From a candidate division LCP-89 bacterium B3_LCP (GTDB taxonomy: Bacteria > Electryoneota > B3-LCP): 64,000 bases of DNA. Shown piece by piece: positions 59,158 through 64,000 of this stretch. The notes below the pieces were generated by a model, which did not search any database, was not told the origin of the DNA, and saw nothing but the letters and a program-made list of their open reading frames with translations. A program made the position numbers and the translations under genes. The DNA lies in the NCBI GenBank assembly GCA_005223185.1, contig NJBN01000002.1, positions 11,118 through 75,117 on the forward strand, written 5' to 3'. The first letter of the stretch is position 1, and each line of letters begins with the position of its first letter.

Positions 59158-61329
59158 ATGGTCAACAAAGGCAGTGAGGATGCCTCTACTTTAGATCCTA
59201 TCTTTCGCCCGAGATCGATCGCTGTTATCGGCGCCTCTCGAAAAAAGGGATCCATAGGTAGAAATATACTCCACAACTTAATTGAATTTGAATTTAACGG
59301 TCCCGTATTTCCCATCAATCCACAAGCGAACGTTATACATTCCATAAAGTGTTATCCATCTTTGCAGGATGTACCTGATGAGGTGGATCTGGCGATCATC
59401 GTTGTTCCCAAAAGTCTCGCCAACAAAGCTGTTGAAGATTGTGGTAAGAAAGGCGTAAAAGGCATAATCATGATCACCGCTGGTTTCAAGGAAGTTGGTG
59501 GTGATGGTTTGGAGCGCGAAAGAGAAATAGGGAAGATTCTAAAAAAATACCAAATGCGCATGGTCGGGCCGAATTGTATGGGCGTGATCAATACTCACCC
59601 TGATTTCAATTTGGATGCGACTTTTGCACCTTCCTTTCCTGCCGTTGGTAATATAGGCTTCCTGTCTCAATCAGGTGCGCTGGGAGCAGCTATTTTAGAG
59701 CATGCGAATGAACTGAATCTGGGAATCTCTCAGTTCGTGTCCGTGGGGAATAAACTGGATATTTCCGGTAATGACATCGTTCACTACTGGGCTCAGGATG
59801 AACAAACCAAAGTTATACTACTCTACCTGGAGAGCTTTGGTAATCCTCGTGTTTTTACCCAGTTGGCAAGGGAGATCGTCAAGAAAAAGCCGATTATCTG
59901 CGTGAAGTCAGGCAGAACGCGGGCTGGAGCTAAAGCGGCTTCTTCTCACACCGGAGCACTTGCAGGAATGGATGTGGGGACCCACGCTCTATTCGAACAG
60001 TGCGGTGTGTTACGTGTCAATACCGTTGAAGAGTTGTTCGATCTGGCGCAAGCCTTTTCACGCCAGCCCATTCCGAAAGGAAAACGGGTGGCGATTTTAA
60101 CAAACGCCGGCGGTCCAGGCATCATGGCAACGGATGCCACTGTCAGTGTTGGGCTGGAGATGGCGAAATTCAGCAAAGATACCGTAAGCAAACTGCGTGA
60201 GTTTCTTTCCACCGAGGCGAGCTTTTCAAATCCGTTAGACATGATAGCCTCTGCCAACGAAGAAGGTTATTTCAAATCGCTGAAAATCCTGCTGGCAGAT
60301 GAAGGAGTGGATGCCGCTATAGTTATCTTTGTGCATCCCGTTTACATAGATGCCATCGGAATCGCCAGTTCCATAATAAAAGCCAGCAAGACTCAGAAGA
60401 AAAAGCCTGTGCTGTGCGTCTTTATGGGACGGAAGAATGAAGCTTCTGGTATTGAAGAGCTACAGAAAGCCGGGCTTCCTACCTATCTTTACCCGGAATC
60501 TGCTGCCATTGCCATTGCCGCCATGGAGAAATATCATAAAATTAAGACGCGGAAGAAGGGTAAAGTTGTTACCTTTAAAGACGTCAGCCCAGAAACTGCA
60601 GAAAAGATATTTAAGAAGGTACAGAGGGACGGGCGTGAAATGCTGACGGACCTGGAAGTCAACCGGGTGCTGGCAGCTTACAATATACCCATGCCGCCCT
60701 TCACACTGGTAAAGTCCTTGGAAGACGCAGTCCGCTTCACTGAACAGAAGAATTATCCTGTAGTTCTAAAAGTGATTTCACCTGATGTGGTTCACAAATC
60801 TGACGTCGGAGGGGTCATTGTCGATCTTCGTGATGAGGCTGAACTGGTGCGCGGCTACATGAAGTTACGGGAGAATTTAGCTAAACTCGACCCGCCATTA
60901 GAAGACTATGAAATATTAATCCAGGAAATGGTTAAAGGCGGTAAGGAGTTGATCCTGGGGATGACGTACGACCCATCCTTCGGACCGCTTATAATGTGCG
61001 GATTGGGTGGCATTTACGTAGAAATTCTGAAGGACGTCAATTTCCGCATCCACCCGATTACCGATCTCGATGCCAAAGAGATGCTTGAGAATTTGAAAGG
61101 CATCAAACTCCTAAAAGGTGTGCGCGGTGAAAAGGGTGTTGACTTAAAAGCGGTGATGGAAACTCTGCAGCGCCTATCGCAACTGATCGGTGATTTCCCC
61201 GTCATCAAGGAAATGGATATGAATCCCTTCATGGCCTTCGCAGATCGCAAGAAATGCATGGCGTTGGATGCACGTATGTCCATCCAGCCTGCTGAAATTG
61301 AAGAACTTACAGGTAAAGGGACGTCGTAA
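59158..61329 (+). CDS. Acetate/acyl-CoA ligase (ADP-forming), fused alpha-beta
   Basis: 'PRSIAVIGAS', 'GPNCMG', 'SQSG', 'SSHTGALAG' (phospho-His), 'NPLD', ATP-grasp 'HKSDVGGV'. Confidence 0.92.
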   Translation: MVNKGSEDASTLDPIFRPRSIAVIGASRKKGSIGRNILHNLIEFEFNGPVFPINPQANVIHSIKCYPSLQDVPDEVDLAIIVVPKSLANKAVEDCGKKGVKGIIMITAGFKEVGGDGLEREREIGKILKKYQMRMVGPNCMGVINTHPDFNLDATFAPSFPAVGNIGFLSQSGALGAAILEHANELNLGISQFVSVGNKLDISGNDIVHYWAQDEQTKVILLYLESFGNPRVFTQLAREIVKKKPIICVKSGRTRAGAKAASSHTGALAGMDVGTHALFEQCGVLRVNTVEELFDLAQAFSRQPIPKGKRVAILTNAGGPGIMATDATVSVGLEMAKFSKDTVSKLREFLSTEASFSNPLDMIASANEEGYFKSLKILLADEGVDAAIVIFVHPVYIDAIGIASSIIKASKTQKKKPVLCVFMGRKNEASGIEELQKAGLPTYLYPESAAIAIAAMEKYHKIKTRKKGKVVTFKDVSPETAEKIFKKVQRDGREMLTDLEVNRVLAAYNIPMPPFTLVKSLEDAVRFTEQKNYPVVLKVISPDVVHKSDVGGVIVDLRDEAELVRGYMKLRENLAKLDPPLEDYEILIQEMVKGGKELILGMTYDPSFGPLIMCGLGGIYVEILKDVNFRIHPITDLDAKEMLENLKGIKLLKGVRGEKGVDLKAVMETLQRLSQLIGDFPVIKEMDMNPFMAFADRKKCMALDARMSIQPAEIEELTGKGTS

Positions 61330-61387
61330 ACCGACTTAACGGGCGTCCTGATAACATGAAAGTTAATATTAAGATAAATAAAGCCAG

Positions 61388-63091
61388 ATGCAAACCAAAT
61401 GGGAAGTTGCGACTCCGGCCGATCAAAACTATGTTCAAAATCTTGCTGAGCAACTAAGTATTCCGGAACATATTGCGCAAGTTCTGATCAATCGGGATAT
61501 CGGTACCCCAGAAACAGCGCGTCTCTTCTTCGGAGGAAAGACTGAAGATCTATACGATCCTTTTCTTCTGGCAGATATGGATGCTGCAGTTGACCGAGTT
61601 GTCAAAGCTCTACAGAAACAGGAAAAGATCATCATCCACGGGGATTATGACGTCGATGGCATCACTTCTGTTTCCATGCTCTACTTATTTCTGCGGGATC
61701 TTGGTGGTCAGGTAAGTTACTACATTCCTGACCGTCAACAAGAGGGTTATGGTCTCTCCATGGGGGGAATCGAGGAATCGAAGCGCCGGGGCGTGAGCCT
61801 CATGATCTCGGTTGATTGCGGCATTACCTCGGTCTCAGAAGTTGAACTCGCCAAAAAGTTCGGCATTGACACCATAATATCCGATCACCACGAACCCGGT
61901 CCAAGCCTGCCAGAAGCTGTAGCCGTTTTAGATCCCAAGCGAGCAGATTGTTCTTACCCTTTCAGTGAACTTGCCGGCGTTGGTGTAGCCTATAAACTGG
62001 CTCAGGGTGTTCTGCGCCGGATGAACTTAGAAGGCACTTACTTAGAACGATATCTTGATCTGGTTGCCATAGGGTCGGCGGCAGATATCGTCCCCCTGGT
62101 TGATGAAAATCGCATACTGGTAAAAGAAGGGTTAGAGCGTCTCAACCGTAATGGTAATGAGGGTTTGAAGGCGTTAATAGACACCGCAAATTTCAAACGC
62201 GGCAACATTCAGGTCGGCAATATCGTTTTTGGACTGGCTCCGCGCATCAATGCAGTAGGTCGCCTTGGTTCCGCCGAAAGAGCGGTGCGGTTGCTGATCA
62301 CCCGTGATTATAACCGCGCCCTGAATATAGCTTCCGTGCTTGAAAAGGAAAACAGAAAGCGTAAGGAAATCGACAACCACACGCTAAACGAGGCGCTGGA
62401 GAAAATCGCCGAGGAATATAATCCAGATCGTGATAGCGTAATCGTCTTATCCAGAGAGGCATGGCATCCGGGAGTAATCGGTATTGTTGCTTCCCGCATC
62501 GTGGAAAAATATTATCGTCCCACAGTGATGATCACCATAGATGACGGGATCGGCAAAGGATCAGCACGGTCCATACCAGGGTTTGATCTTTTCAGCGCCA
62601 TCAGGGAATGTTCTGATCTTTTAGAACAGTATGGTGGACATAAATATGCGGCGGGACTGACCATTCGTGAAGATCGGATAGAGGAATTCAGGGAACGGTT
62701 CAACCGGGTTTCAGCAGAAATGATCTCTCCGGAAGATCTCATACCGAAATTAGGGATCGATGCAGAAATTGATCTCGATGAAATATCACCCGAAATAGTG
62801 AAGACTTTGAGGGATTTTGCTCCTTTTGGTCCCAAGAATATGAAGCCTAATTTCGCCAGCTATGATCTGGATATCGTTGGTGTTCCCAGAATCGTAGGTG
62901 CCAATCACCTGAAGTTCAAAGTTAAGCAACCCTCTTCCGGTGGGTTGGTCTTCGATGTGATAGGCTTTAACCTGGGGCACCTTCTTCCTGTTGCCCAACA
63001 TGGGCACGGTGTCGATATGGTTTACAATATCGAAGAGAACGAATGGATGAATCAGGTGAACCTGCAATTATGCGCGAAGGATATAAGATAG
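61388..63091 (+). CDS. recJ: Single-stranded DNA exonuclease RecJ
   Basis: GDYDVDG, VDCG, DHH, PRINAVGR, GSARS, GGHKYAAG. Confidence 0.96.
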   Translation: MQTKWEVATPADQNYVQNLAEQLSIPEHIAQVLINRDIGTPETARLFFGGKTEDLYDPFLLADMDAAVDRVVKALQKQEKIIIHGDYDVDGITSVSMLYLFLRDLGGQVSYYIPDRQQEGYGLSMGGIEESKRRGVSLMISVDCGITSVSEVELAKKFGIDTIISDHHEPGPSLPEAVAVLDPKRADCSYPFSELAGVGVAYKLAQGVLRRMNLEGTYLERYLDLVAIGSAADIVPLVDENRILVKEGLERLNRNGNEGLKALIDTANFKRGNIQVGNIVFGLAPRINAVGRLGSAERAVRLLITRDYNRALNIASVLEKENRKRKEIDNHTLNEALEKIAEEYNPDRDSVIVLSREAWHPGVIGIVASRIVEKYYRPTVMITIDDGIGKGSARSIPGFDLFSAIRECSDLLEQYGGHKYAAGLTIREDRIEEFRERFNRVSAEMISPEDLIPKLGIDAEIDLDEISPEIVKTLRDFAPFGPKNMKPNFASYDLDIVGVPRIVGANHLKFKVKQPSSGGLVFDVIGFNLGHLLPVAQHGHGVDMVYNIEENEWMNQVNLQLCAKDIR

Positions 63092-63150
63092 TCTGAAAAG
63101 TAAATAATCGACAATACAACAATCAGCACAACTAACAATTGGAGGAGTCC

Positions 63151-64000
63151 ATGCGGGATGTTTTTGTAGTTTCTGGTGGCGTGTCAAAGTTCGCCAAAGC
63201 CAGACCCGATCGAACTTTTCAACCAATGGTCAAAGAGGCTTACGACTATGTACTCCAGGATATCGGTTTGGAGTTCAAGCAGGCTGCGGAATTGATTGAA
63301 GGATCAACAGCCTCTTATTTCTCAGATCACTTTGGCAGGCAGTTGATGGGTGGCGCTATGACCACCGATTATCTGGGTCTGTGTCCCAAGCACAACAAAC
63401 GCATCGAAGGCGGAGGCGCTACCGGTGGTTTGAACTTCCAGGCAGGTTGGGAATCCGTTGCCTCCGGGCGTTTCGACATTGTCCTTACCTACGGCTGGGA
63501 GACCATGTCACACGTGAATACCTGGAAAGGTAATGAATTCATCGCCTTAGCTTCAGATGTAAGCTTCGACTATCCGGTCGGTGGTTTCTATTCCGGATAT
63601 TATGCCATGATGGTTACACGGCATATGAAGGAGTACGGCACCACTGTAGAACAACTGGGGTTGGTTTCCGTCAAGAACCATAACAACGCCTTCTATAATC
63701 CTTATGCTCAGAAGCGCATGAAGATCAACATCGAAGACGTCAGGAATTCCGAAATGGTAGCCTGGCCCCTGACGATGCTCGATATCTGTACCATGAGTGA
63801 CGGAGCGGCAGCGGTACTTTTTGCCAGTGAAGAAGGCATGAAAAAGCTGGAAAAAGCCACGGGTAACACCATAAAACCGACCAAGGTTGTCGGAGTTGGC
63901 GGTGGTATGGACGCCATGCGTATGGCAGATCGGCCGCACGGTAAGGTTCCACTGCTGCCTCATGAGAATGCCGAGGATTACAAAAATCTGAAGTATCCCG
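63151..64000 (+). CDS. Thiolase-like protein (archaeal/SCP2 type), runs off the window end
   Basis: Not in the ORF track; translated by hand from the ATG after GGAGG: MRDVFVVSGGVSKFAKA..IEGGGATGG..GWETMS..SVKNHNNA..NPYAQ..DICTMSDGAAAV. Confidence 0.85.
   Translation, partial: MRDVFVVSGGVSKFAKARPDRTFQPMVKEAYDYVLQDIGLEFKQAAELIEGSTASYFSDHFGRQLMGGAMTTDYLGLCPKHNKRIEGGGATGGLNFQAGWESVASGRFDIVLTYGWETMSHVNTWKGNEFIALASDVSFDYPVGGFYSGYYAMMVTRHMKEYGTTVEQLGLVSVKNHNNAFYNPYAQKRMKINIEDVRNSEMVAWPLTMLDICTMSDGAAAVLFASEEGMKKLEKATGNTIKPTKVVGVGGGMDAMRMADRPHGKVPLLPHENAEDYKNLKYP

Noticed and set aside
63553-63963. Minus-strand ORFs at the window end
   Set aside because: They are shadows of the plus-strand thiolase-like gene.

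Overview
Bacterial chromosome segment. Lineage is probably FCB superphylum or a related candidate phylum; this is an inference from five proteins with Por/T9SS-type C-terminal sorting domains and an RNase P RNA lacking helix P18. Housekeeping content: a Yip1-TolC-MacAB-type exporter operon, an M23 peptidase, thiC-hpt, a complete dcw cluster (mraZ to ftsZ), tRNA-Thr(CGT), nif3-Zn-ribbon-rnpB, an ADP-forming acyl-CoA ligase, recJ and a truncated thiolase-like gene. The most unusual signal is in the small repeats. (1) A family of 20-22 nt two-hairpin elements conserves structure but not sequence; they sit inside REP-like palindromes and inside each other, and uninterrupted homologs of the host palindromes occur in the window. 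(2) GTAG-type REP palindromes sit in frame at the same codon position of two near-identical T9SS sorting domains. (3) A T9SS paralog has an in-frame UGA followed by a SECIS-like hairpin. (4) A group IIC intron 5' fragment lies just behind a terminator. (5) A signal-peptide pentapeptide-repeat K+ channel appears to have inverted topology. No CRISPR array, transposase, integrase or reverse transcriptase was seen. All calls are by-eye motif recognition, not database searches.
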